The notes beneath the pieces are model-generated. The model was not told the DNA's origin and did no database searches. It saw only the letters and a list, made by a program, of their open reading frames with translations. From Vicinamibacterales bacterium (GTDB taxonomy: Bacteria > Acidobacteriota > Vicinamibacteria > Vicinamibacterales > UBA8438): a DNA stretch of 64,000 nt. The stretch spans positions 3,542,091-3,606,090 of the forward strand of contig OZ244881.1 in assembly GCA_965221305.1 (NCBI GenBank), in the 5' to 3' direction. Position numbers and translations under genes: made by a program. This document shows positions 9,118 to 18,484 of the stretch, in pieces. Each line of letters starts with the position of its first letter. Position 1 is the first letter of the stretch.

Positions 9118-12100
9118 ATGAGAATCTGCTGCCTCGCTGGTGTCCCCGGCCGCGTCGCCTTGCTGACCGCGGTCTCCACCGTCGCCACCGCGGCCGCCGC
9201 CGGCCAGGCTCCGCGCCTGGACGAGGCAGCGGCACTCGTGCCGGCCGCGGTGGTCGCCACGGCGGCCGCCGCCGGCCAGGCTCCGCGCCTGCTCGCATCG
9301 CCGGCGGTTCAGGCCGCCTCCGACGGCGGCTCCGCCGGATCGGCCGTCGGCGATTCGGTGGCGGTGATCCCGTTCACCAACATCTCGCGCGACGAACGGG
9401 ACGATTGGCTGGGGCACGGCCTAGCCGAGACGATCTCGGCCGACCTCGAGACGCGAGACGCCTTCACGGTGGTCGCACTGGAGCTTGTCGCGGCCGCCAT
9501 GGGCGGCGGCGCCGGCAACCGGGACGACACCTCGGCCGCGGCGCTCGGGCGCGAGCTGGGCTCCCGCTGGGTCGTGGCCGGCGGCTACCAGCGGATCGGG
9601 GACCGGCTGCGCATCACCGCGCGCCTCGTCGACACGCTGAGCGGCAACCTCGCCGCCACCGCGAGAGTCGACGGCGCCTTCTCCGACATCTTCGACCTGC
9701 AGGACCGGATTGCCGGCGAGCTGACTCGCAATGCCGGGGCCCGGACGAAGATGCGCGTCGCGCCGCCCGTGCCGCCGGTCGCCGCCGACCTGCCGCCGCT
9801 CGGCGAGGGGGAAGGGGATTTCGGGCGCGCCCGTGCGGACGGCCCGAGCCCCACCGGCCCGGCAAGCGAGGGCGACGTCGGCTTCAGGCCTCCCGGTGGC
9901 GGTAGCCGGGAGGCGTTCCGCGAGGGCGCGGCCGGCTTCGCGCCCGCCGACGGTGGTCGGCGCGCGGACGCGTCCGGCGAGGGTAACGCCGGCTTCCCCC
10001 CCGCTCCCCCTGACCGCCGCGCGGGGGCGTCAGGCGGAGGCGCGGGCCGCTTCGATATCGAACGCGCGATCAGGGAGAGTCGGTTCGGCCGGCCGGGGGG
10101 GCGGCCCGACCCGGGCGCCGGCGAGGCCCCTTCCCCGAACGCCGGCAACGGCGACGTGACGGAGGGCATAGTTCTGCCGCCGGGCATTCCGGCGAACGCC
10201 GCCGCCTCCGGCGACTCTCCCCGCCGCGGGCCGGAGGGCTCGCCCCGTGGACCGGCCGCCGGCGCGGCCGAGCGGCTCGGCATGGGCGGCCCGCGGCCCG
10301 CCGGCGCGACCGCGGCGGGTGGGTCGGCGTCCGCCCCCGAGGCCGGCTTCGCCTCGTCCGCCCCCGAGGCCGGCTTCGCCTCGTCCGCCCCCGAGGCCGG
10401 CTTCGCCTCGTCCGCCCCCGAGGCCGGCTTCGCCTCGTCCGCCTCGCTGGGTATCCTCGCCGGCCGCCCGAACGTCACCGCCGTCCGGACGGCCCAGGCG
10501 CCGACAATCGACGGCAACCTCGACGACGCGGTCTGGCAGCGCGCGACCCTCATCACCGATTTCGTGCAGCAGAGCCCCCTCGAGGGGCAGCCGGCGACCG
10601 AGGACACCGAGGTCTACATCGCCTACGACGACGAGCACCTGTATTTCGGGATCTACGCGCACTACTCGGAGCCCTCGATGATGCGCGCGAACCGGGTCGA
10701 CCGCGACCAGGCGTTCTTCGGCGACGATCTCATCTCGGTCTACTTCGATACCTTTCTCGACCAGCAGCGGGCCTACGTCTTCTCGGTGAACGGTTACGGC
10801 GTCCAGAACGACTCGATCCTGGAGGCGCGGGGCGGCGGTGGCAGCGGCCGTGGCGGCGGCGGCCGCGGCGGCCGGGGCGGGTTCTCCATGGGAGGCAGCT
10901 TCACCGGCGTGCGCTGGGGCGACCGGTCGTGGGACGCGCTGTACGAGACGGGCGGCGCCGTGGTGGACGACGGGTGGACGGCCGAGATGGCCATCCCGTT
11001 CAAGAGCCTGCGGTATCCCAGCAACCCGGCCCATCGCTGGGGGTTCCAGATTGCCCGGCGCATCCGCGGCAAGGACGAGACCGTCGTCTGGTCGCCGATG
11101 TCGCGCGACGTGTCCGGTCTGCTGCCCCAGATGGGGGTGATCGACGGGCTCAGCGGCCTGTCCACCAGCCGCAACCTGGAGATCCTGCCGACCGCCACCG
11201 CCATCCGGATCGACAGCCTCGACCGCAGCGCGGGCGGGCTCACCGACGAGGCGCAGCCGGAGGGCGGCGTCAACCTGAAGTACGGCGTGACGTCCAACCT
11301 CACCCTCGACGTCACCTACAACCCCGACTTCTCGCAGATCGAGTCCGACCGGCCGCAGATCGAGGTGAACCAGCGGTTCCCGCTGTTCTATCCCGAGATG
11401 CGCCCGTTCTTCCTCGAGGGGCAGGAGATCTTCAACATGCCGGGGCCGGTGAACTTCGTGCACACGCGCACGATCGTCGACCCCCGCTACGGCGGCAAGC
11501 TCACCGGCAAGGTCGGCAACACGACCCTGGGCGTGCTGGTCGCCAACGACGAGGCGCCGGGCAACCTCGGCGACGCCTACCGGGACAGCGACTTCCGCTA
11601 CGGGAAGACCGCCGACGTGGTCATCGGGCGGGTGCGCTACGACCTCTACGCAGAGTCGCACGTCGGGGCCATCGTCACCGATCGGGAGTTCCTCGGCGGC
11701 TACAGCCGGCTGGGCGGCCTCGACGGCAACTTCCGGCTGAGCGACGCGACGTCGATCGGGTTCCGGGCCATCACGTCGCAGAACCGCGACTGCGGGGCCT
11801 GGGGCGGGGAGGGCTGCCTGGAGGCGTTCGAAGACACGGGCGGGAACATGTTCGACGTCGGCCTCCGCAGCAACGGCCGCAACCTGACCTATTTCCTGGC
11901 CGGCTACACCATCGACCCGCAGTTCGACACCGCGGTCGGCTTCGTCCGCCGGCGCGACATCAAGGCGGGCGTCGGCAACGTCGGCTACCGCTGGTGGCCG
12001 GAGAGCTGGCTCATCAACTGGGGCCCGACGTTCAACTACACCCGGAACTGGAACTTCGAGAACGTCCTCGAGGACGAGATGGCCAGTGCGGGCGTGAACT

Positions 12101-12717
12101 TCTCGTTCGCCCGGAACATCCGCGTGAACGCCGGCTACAGCCGCGACATGGAGCGGTTCGGCGGCATCGACTTCGACAAGGAGTACTACTCGTTCGGCGG
12201 CAACGTCAGCACGATTCGGGAGCTCTCGATCGGCGGGTTCTTCAGCTACGGCGACCAGGTGCGGTACGACCTCGCGAACCCCGCGAACTCGTTCCTGGGG
12301 ACGGGCGGCCGCGGCGGCGTCTTCATGTCCCTCCGGCCCTTCAGCCGGCTCCAGTCGCAGGTCAACATCAACACGAGCAACCTGATCGATCCCTTCTCGG
12401 ACGTCGAGATCTTCGATGTCAAGATCTACAGGGCGTTGACCACCTTCCAGTTCACGGATCGGCTGCTCCTGCGCAACATCCTGGAATACAACACGTTTCA
12501 GCGGACCCTGGGAGCGAACGTGCTGTTCACGTACCGGATAAACTCCGGGACCGTGTTCTTCATCGGCTACGACGACCGGTACCAGCAGGGCGACCTGATA
12601 TTCGACACCACGAACAGCCGGTACGCGTACCAGGGCAACCCGGTCTTCTACACGACGGACCTCATGCGGACCAACCGCGCGTTCTTCACCAAGATCTCGT
12701 ACCTGTTCCGGTACTGA
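9118..12717 (+). CDS. Large secreted/outer-membrane protein: TolB-N-like module, low-complexity repeat region, and CBM9/DUF5916-like beta-barrel region
   Basis: 1199 aa. The N-terminal segment VAVIPFTNISRDERDDWLGHGLAE..GYQRIGDRLRITARLVD resembles TolB-N/FlgO-like periplasmic modules. TAQAPTIDGNLDDAVWQRA..YIAYDDEHLYFG resembles the DOMON/CBM9 start of DUF5916 proteins. The C-terminal beta-strand-rich end is ..FTKISYLFRY. Family names are from memory. Confidence 0.65.
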   Translation: MRICCLAGVPGRVALLTAVSTVATAAAAGQAPRLDEAAALVPAAVVATAAAAGQAPRLLASPAVQAASDGGSAGSAVGDSVAVIPFTNISRDERDDWLGHGLAETISADLETRDAFTVVALELVAAAMGGGAGNRDDTSAAALGRELGSRWVVAGGYQRIGDRLRITARLVDTLSGNLAATARVDGAFSDIFDLQDRIAGELTRNAGARTKMRVAPPVPPVAADLPPLGEGEGDFGRARADGPSPTGPASEGDVGFRPPGGGSREAFREGAAGFAPADGGRRADASGEGNAGFPPAPPDRRAGASGGGAGRFDIERAIRESRFGRPGGRPDPGAGEAPSPNAGNGDVTEGIVLPPGIPANAAASGDSPRRGPEGSPRGPAAGAAERLGMGGPRPAGATAAGGSASAPEAGFASSAPEAGFASSAPEAGFASSAPEAGFASSASLGILAGRPNVTAVRTAQAPTIDGNLDDAVWQRATLITDFVQQSPLEGQPATEDTEVYIAYDDEHLYFGIYAHYSEPSMMRANRVDRDQAFFGDDLISVYFDTFLDQQRAYVFSVNGYGVQNDSILEARGGGGSGRGGGGRGGRGGFSMGGSFTGVRWGDRSWDALYETGGAVVDDGWTAEMAIPFKSLRYPSNPAHRWGFQIARRIRGKDETVVWSPMSRDVSGLLPQMGVIDGLSGLSTSRNLEILPTATAIRIDSLDRSAGGLTDEAQPEGGVNLKYGVTSNLTLDVTYNPDFSQIESDRPQIEVNQRFPLFYPEMRPFFLEGQEIFNMPGPVNFVHTRTIVDPRYGGKLTGKVGNTTLGVLVANDEAPGNLGDAYRDSDFRYGKTADVVIGRVRYDLYAESHVGAIVTDREFLGGYSRLGGLDGNFRLSDATSIGFRAITSQNRDCGAWGGEGCLEAFEDTGGNMFDVGLRSNGRNLTYFLAGYTIDPQFDTAVGFVRRRDIKAGVGNVGYRWWPESWLINWGPTFNYTRNWNFENVLEDEMASAGVNFSFARNIRVNAGYSRDMERFGGIDFDKEYYSFGGNVSTIRELSIGGFFSYGDQVRYDLANPANSFLGTGGRGGVFMSLRPFSRLQSQVNINTSNLIDPFSDVEIFDVKIYRALTTFQFTDRLLLRNILEYNTFQRTLGANVLFTYRINSGTVFFIGYDDRYQQGDLIFDTTNSRYAYQGNPVFYTTDLMRTNRAFFTKISYLFRY
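9181..9291 (+). repeat. In-frame 39-nt direct repeat x2 (period 72) at the 5' end of the large OM protein gene
   Basis: gtcgccac(c/g)gcggccgccgccggccaggctccgcgcctg occurs at ~9181 and ~9253. It encodes VATAAAAGQAPRL twice. Confidence 0.85.
10330..10446 (+). repeat. Perfect in-frame 27-bp tandem repeat, 4.3 copies (SAPEAGFAS)n
   Basis: tccgcccccgaggccggcttcgcctcg is repeated four times with no mismatch, plus a partial fifth copy, inside the 1199-aa CDS. Confidence 0.9.
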
Positions 12718-12724
12718 TCGCGCA

Positions 12725-12764
12725 CCCCGGGCGCCGCCTAGACCGCTCTCCGCGGCGCCCGGGG
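12725..12764 (+). terminator. 13-bp perfect GC hairpin just after the 1199-aa gene stop (terminator-like, no U tract)
   Basis: ccccgggcgccgc - 14 nt - gcggcgcccgggg begins 8 nt after the stop at 12715-12717. Confidence 0.45.
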
Positions 12765-12947
12765 CGCCCGTCGGGCGCCGTTCGCGCCCGCCGACCTGCG
12801 GTCCGTACGAGAGTCCGGGGCGACAGGGCGCGGCATCCGTGCCCCCTCCGCGGCCCGGCTCGCCGTGACCCGGGCGCGACCGAAGCCGACCCGGGCTGCG
12901 TCATACCTCCCGATGGCATGTATGCTGTTTAGTGAGCTTCGTCGACC

Positions 12948-15305
12948 ATGAACCGACCACGCACCCCCGTCGCCCGTCTCGCCCTGCTCGCCTGGACCGT
13001 CGCCGCCACCGCATCCGCCCAGGGTCTCGGCACGTTGACCGGAACCGTGACGACGGTCGCGGGCACCCCGGTCGAGGGCCTGCGGCTGACCTTCACCGGG
13101 TCCGACGCCGTGCTGACGGCAGTGACCGACGCCGACGGCGACTTTCGGCTCGAAAGCCTCCAGCCCGGGCTCTACGACCCGACCATCGACGATCCGGCGC
13201 AGGCGGTGGAGCCCTCGTTCCCGATCACGGTGGTCGCCGACATCATCATCCGTCGGGACTTCACGCTGCGCAGCGCCGCCGACGTCCAGGTCCGGGTGCG
13301 CGGGAGGGACCGTCTGTTGGGGTCGGGCCCGGGGCTCACCACCACGGTCGAGGGCCTCGACGCGTTCGAGGCCCGTGACCACTCGGTCGCGACGTTCCTG
13401 CGGCGGGTGCCCGGCGTGAACATGAGCCGGGCCGGCGGCGTGGGCCACCCGACCGCCGTCCGGCTGCGGGGGGCGCCGGTCGGCGACCGGTTCCTGCTGA
13501 CCGACGGGCTGCCCTTTCCCGGATTCGCGGCGGAGCTCGACGTTCCGACGCACCTGGAATGGGCCGGGTTCGAGGCGGTCCGGGGCACGACGTCGACGCT
13601 GCACGGGGACCTCGGGGGCGGGGTTCAGCGCCTCGGGAAGGTGGCCGGCGACCCGCGGGCGCGGCGCGTGTCGGTGGGGATCGAGACCGGGGACCTGGGT
13701 TGGCGCCAGTATGAGGCGGCCACCACCGGCAGCCGGGGAGACTACGACTGGAGCATCGCGGGCCAGCACCTTGAGACCGCCAACGAGCAGCCGAACAGCG
13801 AGTTCGTGCGGACCGGGGTGGCCGGGACCGTCGGCCTCGCGCGCGAGAACCTGTCGATGGACTTCACGTTCCGCGGTGAGGTGGCGGCGGTCGGGCGGCC
13901 GGGACCGACGTCGCTCGTGCGCGCCGACTTGGATGCCTCGGAGGAGCGCACGCGGCTGATGTCCGGCGTCACGCTGGGGCTGCGCCGGGGCCGGAGCCTG
14001 CACGAGGGTCGTCTCCTCGTGTCTCGGACGGAGCGCGAGACTCTGAACCCGTTGGACTCCCGCGCCATCAGTATGTTTCCGGTCGACCGCGCGGGGATGC
14101 GGCTCGATCTGCCGGACTTCACGCTCGCGGACGGGTTCCGAGACGACCACCAGGCGGCTCGGCTCGCCTACGAGTGGTCCTTCCGGGCCGACGAGTTCCA
14201 TACGCTGGTGTTCGGCGGCTGGGCCGACGTGCAGGCCGGGCGATTCGGCGCCCCCCTGGTCGTCGATTCCACGGGGGACGCCGCGGACGGTACCGCGGAG
14301 GAGGTCGTGGACGACGCCGCGAGGGTCCCGGCGGGGTTCGACCAGCAGCGGCTCGACCTAGTGGCGTACGGCGAGGACCGCATACAGGTGTTCGACAACC
14401 TGACGGTCACCGCAGGGGGGCGGTTCGAGCGGCACGGGCCCTATCCGCTCGCGGTGATGCCGCGCGCGTCGGTGCGCTACGACCTCGGACCCGGCGTCTT
14501 CGTGCACGGCAGCGCGGGCACCGGGGCGGCGGCGCCGACGCTGGCGCAGCGGTTCCGGGACACCCTCTGGTTCCGCGGGAACCCCGAGCTGCAGATCGCC
14601 CGCAGCCGGGTGTTCGACGGCGGGCTGACCGCCTCCCTGTGGGGAGAGCGGGCCCAGGTCGATCTCACCGGGTTCCGGCACGCGTATCAGGACCTCGTCG
14701 TGTTGGGGGGGGTGGACCTTCCTGCCCTCGAGTCGCTCGCCGCGTTCCGCCGGCTGAGGCTGTCGGCGCGGCGGCAGCTCGTGGAGGACGTGCTGGCCGG
14801 ACTCCGCGACCCGCTGGTGGCCACCGCGACCTTCGACGAGGCCCGCACGAGTTTCGTCAACCTGCCGGCGAGCCGGGCGCAGGGCGTGGAGGCGTCGTTC
14901 ACGGCGACGCCGGTGTCCGCGGTCGAGCTCGGCGCCGCCTACGCGTGGACCGACAGCCTCGTGACCCGCGGCGTCGAGCGGATGGAGGCCGGCGAGTGGC
15001 TGCCCGGCGTGCCGCGGCACAAGGTCACGTTCACCGGCGCTCTCGACGTCGGACCCGTCGCCGTCGGCGCCACGATGACCTGGGTCGGGGAGCGGCGGCC
15101 GGACAGCGATTTCTTCAGCGAGGTGTTCGGCGTCGACATGCTGGCCGCCTACCGGCGATGGGACGCGTACGCCCAGGTGCGTCTCGGCGACCGCATCAGC
15201 GTGTCGGTCGTCGGCGAGAACCTGACCGACGAGCGGTACGAGGACTGGGCCGGTTTCCCGGCGCTGGGCCGCTTCGTCCGCGCGGGGGTGCAGGTGGGCT
15301 TCTAG
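12948..15305 (+). CDS. TonB-dependent receptor with N-terminal carboxypeptidase-regulatory-like domain
   Basis: Signal peptide (LALLAWTVAATASAQG). CarboxypepD_reg-like segment GTVTTVAGTPVEGLRLTF..TDADGDFRLESLQPGLY. Plug-like region (VEGLDAFEARDHSVATFLRRVPGVN). The C-terminus ends in aromatic ..RAGVQVGF. Confidence 0.85.
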   Translation: MNRPRTPVARLALLAWTVAATASAQGLGTLTGTVTTVAGTPVEGLRLTFTGSDAVLTAVTDADGDFRLESLQPGLYDPTIDDPAQAVEPSFPITVVADIIIRRDFTLRSAADVQVRVRGRDRLLGSGPGLTTTVEGLDAFEARDHSVATFLRRVPGVNMSRAGGVGHPTAVRLRGAPVGDRFLLTDGLPFPGFAAELDVPTHLEWAGFEAVRGTTSTLHGDLGGGVQRLGKVAGDPRARRVSVGIETGDLGWRQYEAATTGSRGDYDWSIAGQHLETANEQPNSEFVRTGVAGTVGLARENLSMDFTFRGEVAAVGRPGPTSLVRADLDASEERTRLMSGVTLGLRRGRSLHEGRLLVSRTERETLNPLDSRAISMFPVDRAGMRLDLPDFTLADGFRDDHQAARLAYEWSFRADEFHTLVFGGWADVQAGRFGAPLVVDSTGDAADGTAEEVVDDAARVPAGFDQQRLDLVAYGEDRIQVFDNLTVTAGGRFERHGPYPLAVMPRASVRYDLGPGVFVHGSAGTGAAAPTLAQRFRDTLWFRGNPELQIARSRVFDGGLTASLWGERAQVDLTGFRHAYQDLVVLGGVDLPALESLAAFRRLRLSARRQLVEDVLAGLRDPLVATATFDEARTSFVNLPASRAQGVEASFTATPVSAVELGAAYAWTDSLVTRGVERMEAGEWLPGVPRHKVTFTGALDVGPVAVGATMTWVGERRPDSDFFSEVFGVDMLAAYRRWDAYAQVRLGDRISVSVVGENLTDERYEDWAGFPALGRFVRAGVQVGF

Positions 15306-15473
15306 GCTTCCGGCGTCGTGGAAGCGGTGCGGCATTTCGGCAGGGCTGGTTGGGCGGCGAGGGGAGCCGTAGGCGACGCTCTCCGGGCCGGCGGTCCGGG
15401 GCCGGTCCCGCGCCGCCGGGCGCGAAGCCGGCGGGGGCCGAGGGCCGCCGGAGGGGTTACGGGGGAAGACCGG

Positions 15474-16010
15474 ATGTTGAAGAGACTCTGGCTCATCGGC
15501 CTGATCGCGGCCGCCGCATCGCTGGCCGCGTGCCAGGAGACCCCGCTCACGCCGACCGACGCGACGCCGCGACCCGATCCGGTCGTGATCTCCTCGGCGC
15601 CCGAGCCGCTCTACGCCGTCGCATCGACCGGGGTCACCTTCATGGCGGACGACGACGTGCGGGAGTACGCGTACCGCGTCTCGTTCGATCTCATCCTGCA
15701 GGCCCATCGCGACAACGAGATCGGCGTCATGCTGGAGTCCGATGGCGTCGTGCTGCAGCAGTTGCAGACCGTCACGCCGGACGGCGCCGGCGGCGGCGTC
15801 GACCGCGAGACCTATCAGTTCGAGGCGCGGTCGGGTGAAGATCGGATCCTGGCCGGCGAAGAGACGGCGCGAGCGTACGACGTCTGGTATACGCTGCCCA
15901 ACGGCGGGCGGGAGGTTCTCATCGCGGTGAGCCTGGATTTCGTCGACGACAACGGCACCCCCTTCAACCAGATTCGGCAGGTGGCGGTGGAGCCGTTGCC
16001 GGAGCCCTGA
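15474..16010 (+). CDS. Lipoprotein, function unknown
   Basis: Internal ATG of track ORF 15318..16010 giving MLKRLWLIGLIAAAASLAAC (lipobox LAAC). The upstream part of the ORF is R/G-rich. Confidence 0.6.
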   Translation: MLKRLWLIGLIAAAASLAACQETPLTPTDATPRPDPVVISSAPEPLYAVASTGVTFMADDDVREYAYRVSFDLILQAHRDNEIGVMLESDGVVLQQLQTVTPDGAGGGVDRETYQFEARSGEDRILAGEETARAYDVWYTLPNGGREVLIAVSLDFVDDNGTPFNQIRQVAVEPLPEP

Positions 16011-16112
16011 AGGCCGGGTGCACCGTCGTCGGAACCTGGCGGGGAAGCAGTCCGTGACCGGTAGCGAAGCACGCGGCGGCCGGCCCGGCATCGGTTCTCG
16101 GGGAGAGGTTCC

Positions 16113-17309
16113 ATGAGAAAACAACGATTCGGTCGTCTCTGCGGCGTCGTGCTGGTCGGGCTCCTGGCCGCGGCCGTGTCCGGAGTCGCCCAGGCGCAGG
16201 AGGTCGAGCGGTTCATCAAGGTGACCGACCGCGATCGCGCGCCGGTGACCGACCTCGGTGCGGACGATTTCACCGTCGAGCACGACGGCCAGCGCGTCGA
16301 CGACGTCCGGGTGGAACTCGTCGACCAGCCGTTGCGGGTAGCTCTGGTCGTCGACGACGCCGACGGCGCGCTGCCGTTCTTTCGGTATCTCCGCGACTAC
16401 CTGCCCGAGTTCGTGAGGGCCCTGCCCGACGACGCCGAGATCGGTCTGATCCTGCTGTCGGGCCGCCCGCGCACGATCGTCGACTACACGGCCGGGCGGG
16501 ACGAGCTAATCGAGGCGCTCGGCGAGTTCTTCGTGGAGGAAGACCGTGCCGCGGGGTTCTTCGCCGGCCTCGAGGAGACCGTGGACCGTTGGGACGAGGA
16601 CCGGCGGTGGCCGATCCTCGCGGTGGTCGCGACGGACGGGCCCGCGCAGAACCCGCCCACCGACGGCCGCTACCAGGCGGTCATGGAGCGCTTGTTCGAG
16701 CGCGGGGCGATCGTCAACTCACTGATCCTGATGCTCCCGACGCGGGCGTCCGGGGGCGGCTACCAGACCTCGGTCGCGAACAACGCGGCGCAGGTCACCG
16801 GCGGTTGGCACGACACCGTCCCCGGCCCCAGCCAGATCATCGGGGACAAGCTCCAGGAGATGGCGGCCGAGATCAGGCGGCAGTACGACGAGACCCGCTA
16901 TCAGTACGCGGTCTCCTACCAGGCGCCGAGGGGCGCCGACCCCGCGGCCAGCGCCTCGGCCGCCGTCCGGCGCTCCGGCGTGGGGTTGAGCATCTCGGCC
17001 AGCGGCCGACCCCGCGCCGCCGCGCCGGCGGTCGCCGACGCCGCCGACGTGGGGAACAGCCGCGAGGAGCTGTTCAACCAGGGCGAGGCGGAGTTCGCAG
17101 CCGGCAACAGCGCCGCGGCCGTCGAGTGGTTCCAGAAGGCCCACGACCGGGACCGGGGCTGGGTCCTGCCGCTGCACAGGCTGGGCCTGGTCTCGCTCAA
17201 CCTCGGCGACATCGAGGGGGCGAAGCAGTGGCTGCAGCAGGCCGTCGACGCGGACGCGAACTCGGCGGAGGGCCAGCAGGCGGCCGCGATACTCGCGTCG
17301 CTGCCGTAG
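16113..17309 (+). CDS. Secreted VWA-like domain protein with C-terminal TPR
   Basis: Signal peptide, then FIKVTDRDRAPVTDLGADDFTVEHDGQRVDDV..LRVALVVDDAD, which resembles the VWFA-related acidobacterial domain (TIGR03436, from memory). The C-terminal TPR-like segment is AAVEWFQKAHDRDRGWVLPLHRLGLVSLNLGDIEGAKQWLQQAV. Confidence 0.6.
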   Translation: MRKQRFGRLCGVVLVGLLAAAVSGVAQAQEVERFIKVTDRDRAPVTDLGADDFTVEHDGQRVDDVRVELVDQPLRVALVVDDADGALPFFRYLRDYLPEFVRALPDDAEIGLILLSGRPRTIVDYTAGRDELIEALGEFFVEEDRAAGFFAGLEETVDRWDEDRRWPILAVVATDGPAQNPPTDGRYQAVMERLFERGAIVNSLILMLPTRASGGGYQTSVANNAAQVTGGWHDTVPGPSQIIGDKLQEMAAEIRRQYDETRYQYAVSYQAPRGADPAASASAAVRRSGVGLSISASGRPRAAAPAVADAADVGNSREELFNQGEAEFAAGNSAAAVEWFQKAHDRDRGWVLPLHRLGLVSLNLGDIEGAKQWLQQAVDADANSAEGQQAAAILASLP

Positions 17310-17362
17310 CCCGCCAATCGTTCCTGTATGCTGATGGTCCCGTTTCCTGGTTGGAGGTTCAC

Positions 17363-18484
17363 GTGCACCGATCCATCTGCGGCCTCGCACTCGGCCTGAC
17401 CGTTCTCGCCGGCGTGGCTTCCGCGCAGGACGTCCACCTCGACCGGCTCACCCTGCCCGAGGGGTTCTCGATCGAGGTCTACGCCACCGGCGTGCCCAAC
17501 GCCCGGTCGATGGCCCGCTCGCCGGGGGGCACCCTCTTCGTCAGCACCCGCTCGCGCGGCGACGTCTACGCTGTCGTCGACGCCGACCGGGACCACCGCG
17601 CCGACGAGGTGCACGTCCTCGACACCGGGCTGAACATGCCGAACGGCGTCGCCTTCCGCGACGGGTCGCTCTACGTCGCCGAGGTGAACCGCGTTCTCCG
17701 CTACGACGGCATCGAGTCGCGGCTCGCCGACCCCCCCGAGCCGGTCGTCATCGACGACGAGTTCCCGACCGACCGGGCCCACGGTTGGAAGTTCATCCGC
17801 TTCGGGCCCGACGGCAAGCTCTACATCCCGGTGGGCGCGCCGTGCAACATCTGCGACAACACCGACGAGGACATCCGCTACGCCACCATCACTCGGATGA
17901 ACGCGGACGGCAGCGAGCAGGAGGTCTTCGCCCACGGCGTGCGGAACACCGTCGGCTTCGATTGGCACCCCGACACCGGCGAGCTGTGGTTCACCAACAA
18001 CGGGCGCGACTGGCTCGGCGACGAGAGCCCCGGCGACACGCTGCACCACGCGCCCGAGATCGACATGCACTTCGGCTATCCCTTCTGCCACGAGGGCGAC
18101 ATCGCCGACCCCGAGTTCGGCGACCGGCGGAGCTGCGACGAGTTCACGCCGCCGGCGCAGGTCCTCGGGCCCCATGTGGCGTCGCTCGGCATGCGGTTCT
18201 ACACCGGGTCGATGTTCCCGGCCGAGTACCGGCAGAAGATCTTCATCGCCGAGCACGGCTCGTGGAACCGCACCGACGAGGCCGGGCACACCGGCTACCG
18301 CATCACCGTCGCCACCCTCGACGGCGACGAGGTCACCGATTACTCGGTGTTCGCCGAGGGCTGGCTGAACCCCGACAACAGCTCGTGGGGCCGCCCCGTC
18401 GACGTCGAGGTCCTGCCCGACGGTTCGCTGCTCGTGACCGACGACCGGGCGGGGGCCATCTACCGCATCACCTACGAGGGGTGA
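17363..18484 (+). CDS. PQQ-dependent sugar (sorbosone) dehydrogenase family protein
   Basis: GTG start preceded by GGAGG (17354-58). Signal peptide is present. Motifs LPEGFSIEVYATGVPNARSMA, PNGVAFRDGSLYVAE, GWKFIRFGPDGKLYIPVGAPCN and GVRNTVGFDWHP are present. Confidence 0.85.
   Translation: MHRSICGLALGLTVLAGVASAQDVHLDRLTLPEGFSIEVYATGVPNARSMARSPGGTLFVSTRSRGDVYAVVDADRDHRADEVHVLDTGLNMPNGVAFRDGSLYVAEVNRVLRYDGIESRLADPPEPVVIDDEFPTDRAHGWKFIRFGPDGKLYIPVGAPCNICDNTDEDIRYATITRMNADGSEQEVFAHGVRNTVGFDWHPDTGELWFTNNGRDWLGDESPGDTLHHAPEIDMHFGYPFCHEGDIADPEFGDRRSCDEFTPPAQVLGPHVASLGMRFYTGSMFPAEYRQKIFIAEHGSWNRTDEAGHTGYRITVATLDGDEVTDYSVFAEGWLNPDNSSWGRPVDVEVLPDGSLLVTDDRAGAIYRITYEG

Noticed and set aside
10330-10446. 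The 27-bp x4 repeat, considered as a CRISPR or other non-coding array.
   Set aside because: There are no spacers, the units are contiguous and in frame within a 1199-aa ORF, and they encode SAPEAGFAS repeats.
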